From Monocercomonoides exilis PA203 (taxonomy: Eukaryota > Protista > Preaxostyla): a DNA stretch of 64,000 nucleotides. Within the stretch, counting starts at the first letter, position 1; each line of letters begins with the position of its first letter. The stretch lies in contig LSRY02000018.1 of assembly GCA_001643675.2 (NCBI GenBank), positions 992,001 through 1,056,000 of the forward strand. The letters run 5' to 3'. The notes under the pieces were generated by a model. That model saw only the letters and a list, made by a program, of their open reading frames with translations, was not told where the DNA came from and did no database searches. Both the position numbers and the translations under genes were made by a program. Positions 1 to 11,800 of this stretch are shown here, one piece after another.

Positions 1-594
1 TTACATCTATAAAGCAAAAAAAAAATTTTTGTTGTGCTTCATTTAACTACAGAATAACTCAAAGAATAATACCGTCTTCCAAAAAAGTCATTGCCGAACA
101 ATTTTTTGAAACAGAAACAAAAGAATAAATTCCTTGTTGATTTCCCTTCAGGAAGATAAAATCTCCAAATGAAAGATTTGCTAATTCATCCATTTAAAGC
201 AAAACAACATAAATTGGTAAATATTATGGGCATTTGACCAAATTTTTCAATATGATGGAAATGAAAACTTGTGTTCAACTTTTTTATCAATTATGCATCT
301 CAAAGAAAATTATTCAAATACAAATTTTTTTGAAATGAGCGCTTTGATAATGGTGAAAATCATTTTGTTAAAAACAAAAACACTTAAGACATCATAAAAA
401 GCAGCGAGCAAAATAACTTCTCAATTTTCAAGCGATAAAACAAGAAATATATCAAAACATATTTGAAAATTATTCATTCGATAAAATAATTTTTCTCAAA
501 AAAGAAAGAAAGAAAGAAAATCACATAATTTCACAAAATGAAATGGTGGTGAACTGATTTATTCCTATTTCATTTAAGATTGAAAAATTACAGT

Positions 595-1008
595 TCACGA
601 CATGATTGTAGCAACAATCTTTCTTGCACTTCCTGATCTTCTAAACTCGCACAAATAAATTCCTTGCCACGTTCCAAGATTTAATTGATTTTTTGTAATT
701 GGAATGGTCAAATTGCAGCCAACAAGAGAACATTTTGCGTGAGCAGGCATATCGTCGGGTCCTTCACTAGTGTGTTTGTAGTACGGTTCTCTTTCCTTTA
801 CCAATCTATTAAAAATCTCATCCATATCTTTCCTAACATCTGAATCAAAATTTTCGTTTATGGTGAGAGCAGCGGATGTGTGTTTAATAAATAATTGCAA
901 AATTCCAACATTTGGCAAAGCAGGAAGATGCTCTTCAATCTCATCCGTTACCAGATGAATGCCTTTGCTTTTAGGAGATAAAGAAAATTCAACTTGTTGA
1001 AATGGCAT
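595..1008 (-). CDS. yjbQ: YjbQ/UPF0047 family protein (secondary thiamine-phosphate synthase-like), intronless, 137 aa
   Basis: Motifs HTSAALTINEN, EGPDDMPAHAK and LGTWQGIYLCEF. The likely start is the ATG at 1008 (MPFQQVEF), not 1242, because the upstream extension overlaps exons of the divergent gene. Confidence 0.93.
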   Translation of the reverse strand: MPFQQVEFSLSPKSKGIHLVTDEIEEHLPALPNVGILQLFIKHTSAALTINENFDSDVRKDMDEIFNRLVKEREPYYKHTSEGPDDMPAHAKCSLVGCNLTIPITKNQLNLGTWQGIYLCEFRRSGSARKIVATIMS

Positions 1009-1096
1009 TTTTGCACAAAAAAAGACTTGTGGATGATCATTCCCACTTTTATAATGAAAATTAATGAAAGATGTTAAATGGTTCTGATCAAAAGAG

Positions 1097-2613
1097 ATGG
1101 GTAAATTTGGCGACAGAGGTGCGTTAATTCTATTGTTTCGTTTATTTATTGTTACATATTCAATATTAAAGAGTATTGGAACGAAAGGTACACGGAAGAA
1201 AAAACGCCATTTGATTGGTATATGAGATGGAATGATGTGCATAAGTTTTTAAAACCTTATGTCCAAGACGACAGTAAAGTACTTGATTTAGGGTGCGGAA
1301 CATCAAGTGTGTTAAATTTAATTGTTTTTGTTCAATATGTGACTTGATTTTTTCATACTCCGAAAATAAAAAATTTTTCTCAGAAATTGCTGAAGAATTG
1401 TACAATGAAGGGAAACAAGATATTACATGCATTGACTTTTCAGAAGTTGTTATTAAGGATATGAGCGAGCTTCATGCGGGAAAACAACCTCATTTAAAGT
1501 GTTTGTTTTAATTTATTGTCTTTATAATTTTGAAATTAATTTGAAGATATTTGCATGGATGCATTGAATCTCGAGTTTCCTGATGAAAGCTTTGATGTTA
1601 TTATTGATAAAGGAACTTCTGATTCAGTGTTTACAGGAAGGCATTCTTATAGTAAAGTTGCAAAATTATTTGCAGAAGTTTCTCGTGTTTTAAAGATCGG
1701 TGGGAAATATATTATGATCACACATGCGCACCTTGATAGAAGGTTAGCTCATTTATCAAAGCCACAGTTTGGTTGGGAAATTAATCATCAAACATATCCC
1801 AAGTTTCCTGGTGCTCCGGCAGATCAGGTGCACTATATATATGTAATCAACAAAGTGAAGCCGTTTGAGGGAATTGACGAAAAGAAGTCATTGGAAGAAA
1901 CGTTCAAAGGGCTGGAATCAACAGAAGGAATAAGCAAAGAAGAAGTTGCAGAAATCGCTGAAGAGCGCCCAGAGGAGAAAATCGAAGAGAAAAAAGAATC
2001 AAATGAGGCAGAAGAGCATTCAGTGGAAAAAGAAGAAGAAAACGAAACATCAGAGAATAAAGAAGAAATTTCCAATGAAAAGATAGAAGAAAGTGAAGAA
2101 GAAAAGAATGAAGAAAGCGCAACACTTGAAGAAGAAGAGAAGGAAGATGAAGAAAAGAAAGAAGCTGTTGACGAAGAAAAGAAAGAGGAAGAAACAGTGA
2201 AAGAAGAAGAAAAAGCAACAACCGAAGAAGAGGAAAAACAAGAAGAAAATCAAGAAGAAAATGCAGAAACCCAAGAAACGGCAGAAGCTTCAGAAGCACT
2301 TGAAGCTGAAGAAAAGAAAGATCAGCAGTCTGCTGATGAAGAAAAGAAGGAAGAAGGAGAGAAACAGGAAGGTGAGGAAAAACAAACAGAAGAAGACAAA
2401 CAAGAAAATGAGTCAAATGCTGAAACAAAAGAGTCTGAAGAAAATAAAGAAGATGGGAACGGAAATGAGGAAGAGGAAAAAAAGCAAGAGGAGACAGCAC
2501 AACAGCCTGTTGAAGAAAGCCAGCAAAAAGATGAAGAAGAAAATGGAGAACGGGGAGAAGTGAAGGAAGTGAAAGAAGAAAAAGAGAAAAATGAAGAAAC
2601 GAAGACTGAGTAA
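1097..2613 (+). CDS. Class I SAM-dependent methyltransferase (EEF1AKMT4/METTL13-N-like) with long Glu-rich C-terminal tail
   Basis: Removing introns 1119-1171, 1307-1383 and 1501-1546 gives MGKFGDREYWNERY...FDWY...VLDLGCGTS...IDFS...MDALNLEFPDESFDVIIDKGTSD. Confidence 0.85.
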
Positions 2614-3594
2614 CAAACGTTCTTCAAACGGTTCAAAATTTTCTGATTTTTTCGTTTAATTATTTATTTTGCTTCATTCGTGTTCTATGCAAAATTCGAC
2701 TTCTTAAAAATGAGAGGATATTTTAAAAAGTGTTGAATCGTTTCTCAGCAGGTAACAGTTTATTAAAATTTAATGATAAATTCATCAACCAAGATTTTTC
2801 TTCTGATTATTTCAGTTTCGAGTTCACTTAAATTGCATTTGGAACAAAAACATGAGCTTTTCTCAAAGTCGGGAGTTGTTTTTAAGTTTGTTGTCAATCA
2901 GTTTCCAGCTGTTTCATTGTTATTGTATGAATCAGTTCAAAAATTTGAATTGTAATTTCATCAGTTTAACTTTTTTTCCAAAATAACCCAGAAATTCTCA
3001 TGTTAAAATGCAAACAAAAAAGGATATAAATCTTCTTTCAATCGTCACAATTTTTAATAAAATAACAAAGTACAGAAGCATTAAATAATTGTTGTGATTC
3101 TTTTTTATGTATTTATCTTGAAACAAATAATATTTGAAGTTTCATATTTTTTTGAGCACTTAGTTTTTTATTAGATCCTATAATTTTTTTCTCATTCTGC
3201 TTCAAATAGAAGCTTGTTTTCGATGAGAATATTTTTAAAACAAACAATATTTTATAATAAAGTTGCATACAAATTTTTTAAGAAAATTAATCCTTTGAAA
3301 AAGTTCTGAAGTTTTTAAGTTTTATATTTTGATCAATATTTTGCTCGTATCTCCACGAGTTTTTGAAATCAAGCGTATTCATTGTAGGGATTGTTTTGAA
3401 AAATTTTCTTTTTAACATTATTGACATTTTTAAAATTTTTGAAAAACTTTTTTTTTCACTTGTTTTCACATTTCACCTTTTTATAACAAAACTCAAATAT
3501 CAACAAGAGAAATAATAATTAATAAGCTTTCTTGTGTTTCAATGTTGTAATATTATGAGTAATATCATTCATATGATAAATCCTTTGTAAATAT

Positions 3595-3863
3595 TAGGGA
3601 AAATACGGACTTTCAAGCTTTTTTTGTACAAAGCATTGATAAATTGTTTCTCTCATAACTTTATTTCACTTAATCAGATTTCAAAATAAATTTGTTTTTT
3701 ATATCCTTAAGCATGCATCGTTGAAATCAAAATATTAAGTTTTCCAACATTTCACAAATGTCAAAAAAAGAACCCATTTTTATTATGTTTTTTGAAATAA
3801 AAAAAGTCGATGAAAAGAACAAAATATTTCAATGAAAATGGCTGAAGGAAAAAATTTTGCCCC
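3595..3863 (+). mobile_element. MITE family D, degenerate copy (about 269 bp)
   Basis: Aligns with 51200-51467 and the reverse complements of 13983-14250 and 15103-15370 (GGGAAAATACGGACTTTCAAGC...TTTTGCCCC). Flanks ATAT/AAAT. Confidence 0.7.
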
Positions 3864-4200
3864 AAATAAGGAGGATAATAATCACATTCTTCATTTTGCA
3901 AGAATAGAGAAAACGATCTTTTCCAGTGTTTTTCGCACAATCAATATTCAGCTCTTTGTGCAATTTAAAATATCTCCAAGTGAAAAAGAAAATAAAGTTT
4001 CATCTTTTTATGAAATGAATTTAAACAGTTAATTATTTTTAATAATGTGAAGAATGAAAATTTGAAAAATAAATAGCTCTGATTTTGTATCATTAGTATT
4101 CAATCGTGTTATTTGAAGCACAAGCCTTAAACAATAGATGGAAACATGTTATGTCTGATGAGCAATGAATGTTAATATTTTTCGGTTTTTCGAGAAATAT

Positions 4201-4455
4201 GGGTGATAATTTTTGAAATCAGAAAATTTTTCGGGTTATTAATTTTTCAAAGATTGTTTGCCTTTGAGAAGAAATTTCCCATTTAAGTGCTTTTATAATC
4301 GCAATTATTTCAAAAGCCAATGCATAATCTGAAATAAAAATAAAGAGGTCTTGAATATGTCTGTTCACTTTTCAGTGTTCATTGTTTCACATTCAAAAGA
4401 AAGTTTCGAACCGAAAATTTTGAAAGAAAAAAAATGATTTCAAAAATAATCACCC
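4201..4455. mobile_element. MITE family A
   Basis: TIRs GGGTGATAATTTTTGAAATCA...TGATTTCAAAAATAATCACCC, flanked by ATAT on both sides. Homologous to 21600-21858 and 24747-25001. Confidence 0.85.
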
Positions 4456-4964
4456 ATATATTAAAGCAAAAACACTTTTATAGCATCAGTTAAATTTTTT
4501 GAAATTTCATTTTTTCCATCAATTATTCAAGTTTTAAAATTTGTGTTTGGCATTCGGTTTTGAACAATAAAAAGTTATTTCACTTTTTTCAGTTAACTTT
4601 GACATCATTTTTGCTCAAACATATGCTTTTGAAACAATCGTAATAAAATTTTTTTTTGAATTCGAAATGTCTAAATTTATTTGTAAAGTTCCTTTTGTTC
4701 GATTTTCAACAAAAATAAAAATATCAAATTTTGATCATATTTCTGTTCCGACTCACGTAACTAAACTATAATGGAAATAAAAACATTGCCAATATTTTTC
4801 TTTCATAACAGCAAAATTTGGTGAGTGGAAACAGAAATTTGATCGAAATATGAAATTTTTATTCTGTTTGAAAATTTCACAAAAGAAACTTTTCAAAAAA
4901 ATTAAGATAGATAAACAATAAATAAATGAAGAATACTGAAAATGCATTAAAGGATTCATTAAAT

Positions 4965-5170
4965 GGCCGATTCTTTTTTGAATCATTCTTTATTTCGAGT
5001 TTTGATTAAAATAGAAAACTATTTGGGATTTTGAAAAAAAGAACTCAAACTGAAAATACATTCAGCATGTGATGTTGTTATTGTTGAAACATTATTTTAA
5101 CAAAAATCCCATTATGATAAAAATTTTGATCTAAACTTGAACAAAAGTTTGAGTTCGAAAAGGATCAGTC
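4965..5170. mobile_element. MITE family B (206 bp), degenerate
   Basis: Imperfect TIRs of about 45 bp. Same length as and homologous to 25366-25571. Flanks AAAT/TAAT. Confidence 0.75.
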
Positions 5171-5225
5171 TAATAGGAAAATTTTCTGTTTTCAGCATTT
5201 TGAATAGATGCGAAAAATTTATCTT

Positions 5226-5530
5226 TCCTGAATAACGCATAATCCAACAAAAAAGAGGTGAATTATTTTTTTAATTATCCGATTTTTATAATGATAATTT
5301 TTTCTGAAAAATAAAAAAAGTTATTTGTTCATTGGCAAACAATAAATATTTGTGTTTATTTTCTCAATTTTTAATAAATAATGAAAAAATATTATTCAAT
5401 GACAACTTTTTGAGATTCATCCAAAATCCAAATTTTCACAAAAATCTTTTTTGTTAATTCTTAATTTGATTAATTTACAAAAAAAAGAAATGCACCAATT
5501 TCGAATAATTAGTTGACCAAATTTGAAAAA
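5226..5530 (+). repeat. Dispersed repeat family E
   Basis: Core CCAACAA...GGTGAATTA...TTATCCGATTT recurs at about 25033-25310 (+) and 24553-24627 (-). Ends not defined. Confidence 0.6.
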
Positions 5531-5899
5531 TGAATGATGTGAATGAAAGTTTAATAAATTAATGTATTTAGATCTGTTGTTTGTAAAGAAAACCGTTCAT
5601 CTTCCTCAGACGCTCTCAATTTAATTCTCATGTATCTCAGCTGAATTTCATGGTATTTCTCAGTTTTGTAATAATCATATCATAATTTCAAATATAAAGA
5701 ACAATTTAAAACATGATATTCACATGATCGAACAAAAAAGAAATTGAAAATTATCAAAAACTTGTCACAACAAATTATAGAAAATAACAAATACAATAAT
5801 ATTCTATAAAAAAGTAAAAAAAGATGTTAAACTGCCCATAATTATAATATATTATTCAGGAAAAAAAGAAAGCATCATTTTTCGTGGGGATTCATACCC

Positions 5900-8800
5900 A
5901 TGCTGTCAGGGATATATTCTCTTATTGGCATAATATGTGTGCAGTTTCTATGCATTGGCGCCGCAAGTGCTGAGGCAGAGCAAGCAGAGAAATCAATAAA
6001 TGAACGAAATATTTATTATCTCAAAAATCCTTTGCTGAATGTGCTCCAAAATGACGCAAGTGATGGAAAATATGTGTGTGAAGTGATTGCCGAAGGAAAT
6101 GAAGATGGAACGAAAGAAGCTGAAAAACACGAAAAAGGGATGAATAATTGTGTTAAAATGCTGAATGAAGGATACAACCGAATAGAAGAAGGAAATCCAG
6201 ATGAGAAAACGAATAATTCAAAATTTTATGAAGAGCAAAAAATGTGGAAAGGGGGAAGATGTTTTAGAGAGAGCATGATTGAGGGATGTTTGATTCTCGT
6301 TAATTCATCGATGAAGCTCAAATCATTGGGGCTGAGACAAAATGATGAGGGAAATGTTATCAAAGCAGGACATGGAAGCCATGTTGAATTGAAAGAATGC
6401 GACATTATGACGGTGAGCGAAACATCTCCATTTTGCTTGAGTGGAAGTTGTGGGCTGCTCACCAACATTTCACTCAGATCGTCTTCAACCACATTTTTGA
6501 AAGCATTTCCTTCTCTATTTTCTTCAAAAGCCTTGGAAGGGAAACATTCTGGAAAATGTGTTGTTTCTATTTTTTCTTCTCATTTTTCATCTTTTTGTGT
6601 TTCCTCAGCACCATTCATCTCATCACCTTCTATTCCTCTTGTTTCACTTTCCAAATTAACATTTTTCAACATTTCAACAGCGACTTCAGATTGTTCATCT
6701 TCGGCCACTTCATTTTATGAAACATCATGTCTGATGAGCAGTTGCTCGTTCTCGTCGGTTTGCGATGTGTATGATGGTGGGATTGTTCCCTCGCTCAACA
6801 ACCCTTTTTCTTCTTTGACTGCCTCGAATTCCTCGTTCATCGGATGTTGTCGGACAAGAAATGTGAAACATGAAGGAACTTCAGATGGAAAGTTGACTCC
6901 AGGGAGACAAAATACAACGGAAAATGGAGCAAATTCATTCACTTGGTGCGAATGGAATGGATCGAAGACGACAGGAACAAGCGATTCAGTTTCAGATGGG
7001 ATGTCGAGCGGAGGAGCTATCTGCATGTACAATCTAAAGAATGGTGAACTTTCTGTTTCTCACTGTTCCTTCAATGGATGTATTGCATTTAGCCGTGGAG
7101 GCGGGTTGTTTTGCCACACAATAAAATCTATTCATATTGAAAACAATGTGTTTAATGTCTGCACAGCACAAAATCAGCATGGAGGAGGAATGCTAATTTA
7201 TACGATTTCATCATGTACTTGCATCAGCGGATGCGAACTCCAGAATTGCAAGGCAAAAGGAACAGGAGGAGGAATATATCTTAGTAATTTAAATGTTTCA
7301 GGAACAGGATGCGTTGGAGTCGAATATGGAGGAGGGGAGAATGCGTGTATATTTGATTGCAACATCAATTCATGTTCAGTTTCAAATAATTATGGAGGAG
7401 GAATGCATTGTCAAAATGCTCCAGCAGCATTCAAAATGAGGAGCATGCAGTTTATTTCATGTTCTGCACGACAAGAGGGTGGAGGATTGGATTTTAGGCC
7501 ATATCAATCAACAGCTCCAGGCGACAAGCTTTATTGCTATTTCTTCTTCTTCCACGATTGCAGATGCACAACCACTTCCACTCCATATGGCCACGATGCG
7601 TATTTTCAAGACAATTACAATCTCTTTTCATCGAACAATCCGTTCGATGAATCCTACACGACTAATATTGATAATGCGAGAGTTTGCTACGCATTCAATT
7701 ATTCGAAACCACAAGGCTACACATACCAACATACTGAAAAGAAGGATTGGCTGAAAGAAGGAATGAAGGATCGGTATGTTGGGGTGAGTGGAAGCAATAA
7801 AAACAACAAATGTGGGGCAGATGAGATTAATTCTTGTCTGAGTGTTGGAAATGCTGTTGAAAAAAGTATATTTTGGATGAGATCAACAATCACAGTACTT
7901 GATGGGAAGCATGTGAGCGAAAAAGAAACAATCAATATTGGGGAAAAGAAGATAAATGTTTTGGGGAAAGGAAAGGAGACGAGTGTGATTGGAACGAATT
8001 CTCTTTCTTCCTCTTCGATAACGCTGTTCAGTGTGACAAGCGGGCAGCTGGCGGTGGGTCATGTGGGAATTGATCACAACGCAACAAGAGATTCTTCACC
8101 GAATGTTTTTGTGGTGTCTGTGGGGAGTGGGACTCTTTCATTGGAGGATGTACTGATCTTTTCAAGTGTTAATGGAGAGAGTGAAATATCAGCATCGATA
8201 TTTGTGATGGAACTGTCCCAGTTGAGGATGAGTGATATTGAGATAGAAAATATGAAAATGAGCCAACCTCTGTTCGTGGAGCCATCAACAGAAGAATCTG
8301 TACAAGGAGAGAGTATGTTAGTGAATGTGACAATTCGGAATGTGAATCGGACAACAGAAGGAGATGGGGTGGTGATGGCAAAAAGCGTGAAGGGAGGAGA
8401 GACATTTGTTGTGTGGAACACAACGATTGAGGAATGTGAGTGTATGAATGGGAATGGAGGGGGAATCAAAGTCGAACTATTATCATCAACAAGCAAGGTT
8501 CTGATTGGAGATTCAATGTCACACAGTGGAGGAACAACTTCGTTCAATCAGTGCAAGTGCAGCAAATGCGGAGGAGGGATATTTCTTTCTCTAGCAGATG
8601 CAGATGCACAGTTTGAGTTGTCAAATACTCTTGTATTTGAGAGAAATGAGGCAGAATATGGGAGGAATATGTTCATTTCAGCATCTGATCTGAACAAAAC
8701 AGTCACAAATGACTCATTCAACTTTAATTACTTGTCAATGATAAATGATAAAACTCTGTTTGTTGGAAGTGACAACTTTCATTCAAACAAAGATTTGTTC

Positions 8801-11800
8801 ATGTTCCTCGTTCCATACAGCTCATTTGAGATATTTATCTCATCGAGTGGATTTGATGTTGCAAGATGCGGAAGTGAGAAAGAACCATGCTTCACAATGT
8901 GGAAAGGTATGGAAAATATGAAAATTGGGACCGGAATGAAGACAATTCAGATTGAAGGATCAACATTTATTCGAGATTCATTCAATGTTTCCAATTATCA
9001 GATCAAAAAGAGTGTAAAGATGGGAGAAGAGAATGTTAAAGCAACTTTGAATTTTGAAAAAGCAATTGGAAGTCAACTGGAATATTTCATGGAAAATGAT
9101 ATTCACCTTGAATTGACAAATATCCAGCTCCATCTGACATCTGGATTTGGCAACTCAGCCAAAACAATTATTTCAAACAGAGGAGGAGATTTGGTGATAC
9201 GCGAATGTTCATTCCATTCAGAAGCAGGAGTGAACAATGGATTTGATAGTGTATTTGTGGATGTGATTGGAGGAAGTATGGAAGTGAATGATTTGTCGAT
9301 TGAATCGTGCAATGTTGGAAACAGTATTTTTGTCATTCATGATTCTGGAATTACTTGCCATTTTGTGAATGTTCGAGTGGAATCGTTGAATGAAAGCAGA
9401 GGATGCATTTTATCAATTAAGAAATCTGAACAAGGATTGAAGATTAATGAAGGAGATGAAGAATATGTAAATATTGAGATTGACAAATCATCATTTTCAG
9501 GAATAAAGAGAAGTGGTAATGGACCAAGCGTTTTGGAGTCAATGAGCGAGAATAAGATTTGTTTGGTTGTGAATGAAAGCAGCATCACAGAAGGCAAAGC
9601 AGAAACAAGTGAAAATGGAGGGGCAATATTCTTCTCATTGGGAAAGTCAGGATCAATGAAGATGATTAAGTCCGAAGTCAGTCAATGCAGCTGCACCAAT
9701 GGGAAAGGAGGTGGGGTGTATCTGGGAACAAAGGAAAGAGGGGATTTGAATTTCACATTTGTGGGAATGAAGTTCAGTGCAAACACAGCAAGTGTGGGGA
9801 ATGATATTTTCATTGAATGTTTCAACATCACATCGCAGATCAATGAAAGGCAATTTCGGTTTGATCTTCGAGAGAATCATTATTCACGAATTAATGCGAT
9901 ATATGGAAGAGATGAGTGTGAATATAAGGACGACACAAATCTGATTGGATTTGTGACGATCCATCAGAGTGACACAATCATTGTGAGCAGTGTGAATGGA
10001 TCAGATGAGAGACAATGTGGAACAAATGCACTTCTGTGTCATTCAATTGATTATGGGCTGATGCATCTGACTTCAGATTTCATGAGTGTGATGATTGTTG
10101 TAGAAGAGAGTGTGATTGGTGGAGAAATAAATCTGAAGGAGATGAGTTTGAGCTCAAAGAATAGGGACTTGTGTGAAGTTGAAGTTGAAACAGAGATTGA
10201 AAAAACAAGAGAGGCTTTGGTTACAACAACCGGAACAGTCTCGTTGGTGAGAGTGAATTTTGCATTTGATTCGAACTTCATCTCTTCACATGAATCGTTG
10301 ATATCACCCGAAGGAGGAATTCTTGAAGTGATGAATTGTTCATTCACAACAAAACAATTGACAGAAGGAGTTAATGAAGAATTTGCAAATATTCCATATC
10401 ACATTTTCAACATGGCAAAGGGAGAATTACAACTTGATGGATGCACAATATCATATCTCATTCTTCAAAAATCTGCATTATATCTTTCATCAACAATTCT
10501 GTCAACAGTTGATTCAATAACGATTTTCAATTCAACAATAGAAACTTCTCTGATAGATATTAATGAATGTGGGCAATTAATACTTGAGGATTTCAATACA
10601 GAAAATGTAACAGTTGAAGGAAGTGGAGAATCATTAATATCCTGCTCTTCAATGAAAAATACAATGCAATTGACAAATTGCACAATGAGTGGAGTTTGTT
10701 CAAAGACCCCAAAAGGGAAATTGATGAAATTGGAGAATTGCACAGATGTGAAAATGGATAGTTGCATTTTTGATGGAAGTTCAAAGGAAAGAAATGAGAA
10801 GAATTTGAATGAGGAAAAAGATATTTGCAGATGGGATGGATCTCTTGTGGATGTTGTGAAGAGTTCTGTGGTGATGAAAGACACAACAATCTCGAATTCA
10901 CCAGATGGTGGAATAACAATGAGTGGAGGAAGAATTGTAATAAAAGCAGGGAATTTTTCAAATAATAATCCATCAATTGAAGGATATCCATCACTGAGAA
11001 GAAATGTCATCTGTTCAGACTCAGGAACATTGAATTTGATGAGTTTAAAAGGAGGAGATGGAGTTTTGCCAAATTCATCACTTTGGATTCTGAATGATGG
11101 GTGCAGCTTTGAAGGGATTGCTTCAGAAAGGGATTCATCGTTTTTCATTCCCGTTCTGGAGAGTGTGGAAGCAAAAGAAGAGGCAAATCGAATGAAGCTG
11201 ACATTCAAAGGGATGCTTCTTGTGCCATGCAATCTGTCTTTTTCAATTGTGAAGAGGAAAGGAGAAGAGAAAGAGATTGAAAAACATGATTTTGATTCAA
11301 ATGGGTTTTTATCCGAAAGAGAAGTTGAAGGAAGTGTGGCAAAAGATCTCATCAGCAGTTGTGGAAATGAAATAGAAGTTAGCGCTCATATTTTGTTTGG
11401 GAATTCAAATTCTCCTTCATCAACAAATTCATTCATCCTGAAGAATGCAAGCGAAGCAAAGGCGAATGGAGATGAAAGGATTGCTGAAGGAGGAAAAGAA
11501 GGGAAATCGTTATGGATGTGGATTGTGATCATTATGGCTGCTGTTCTATTAATTGTTTTGATTGTATCAATTGTTCTGGCTGTTCGATGGAGAAAGGCAA
11601 AGAATGAAGCGAAAGATTTGAGAGAGATTGTGAACGATAACATCAAAAAGGATCCGAAGGCGTTTGAGATGGTGACAATGGAAATGACACCAGAAGAGCA
11701 GTGGAGGAGAGCGGAGAGGGAGGCAGAGAAGAAGAATGAAGAAAGGATTAAAAAGAGAATAAATGGAAAGGAGATGGTGCATTCAGAGTCTGAAGAGTAT

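Noticed and set aside
1-470. Possible short minus-strand exons at the window start
   Set aside because: Splice-like signals are present, but no consistent frame or recognisable motif could be assembled.
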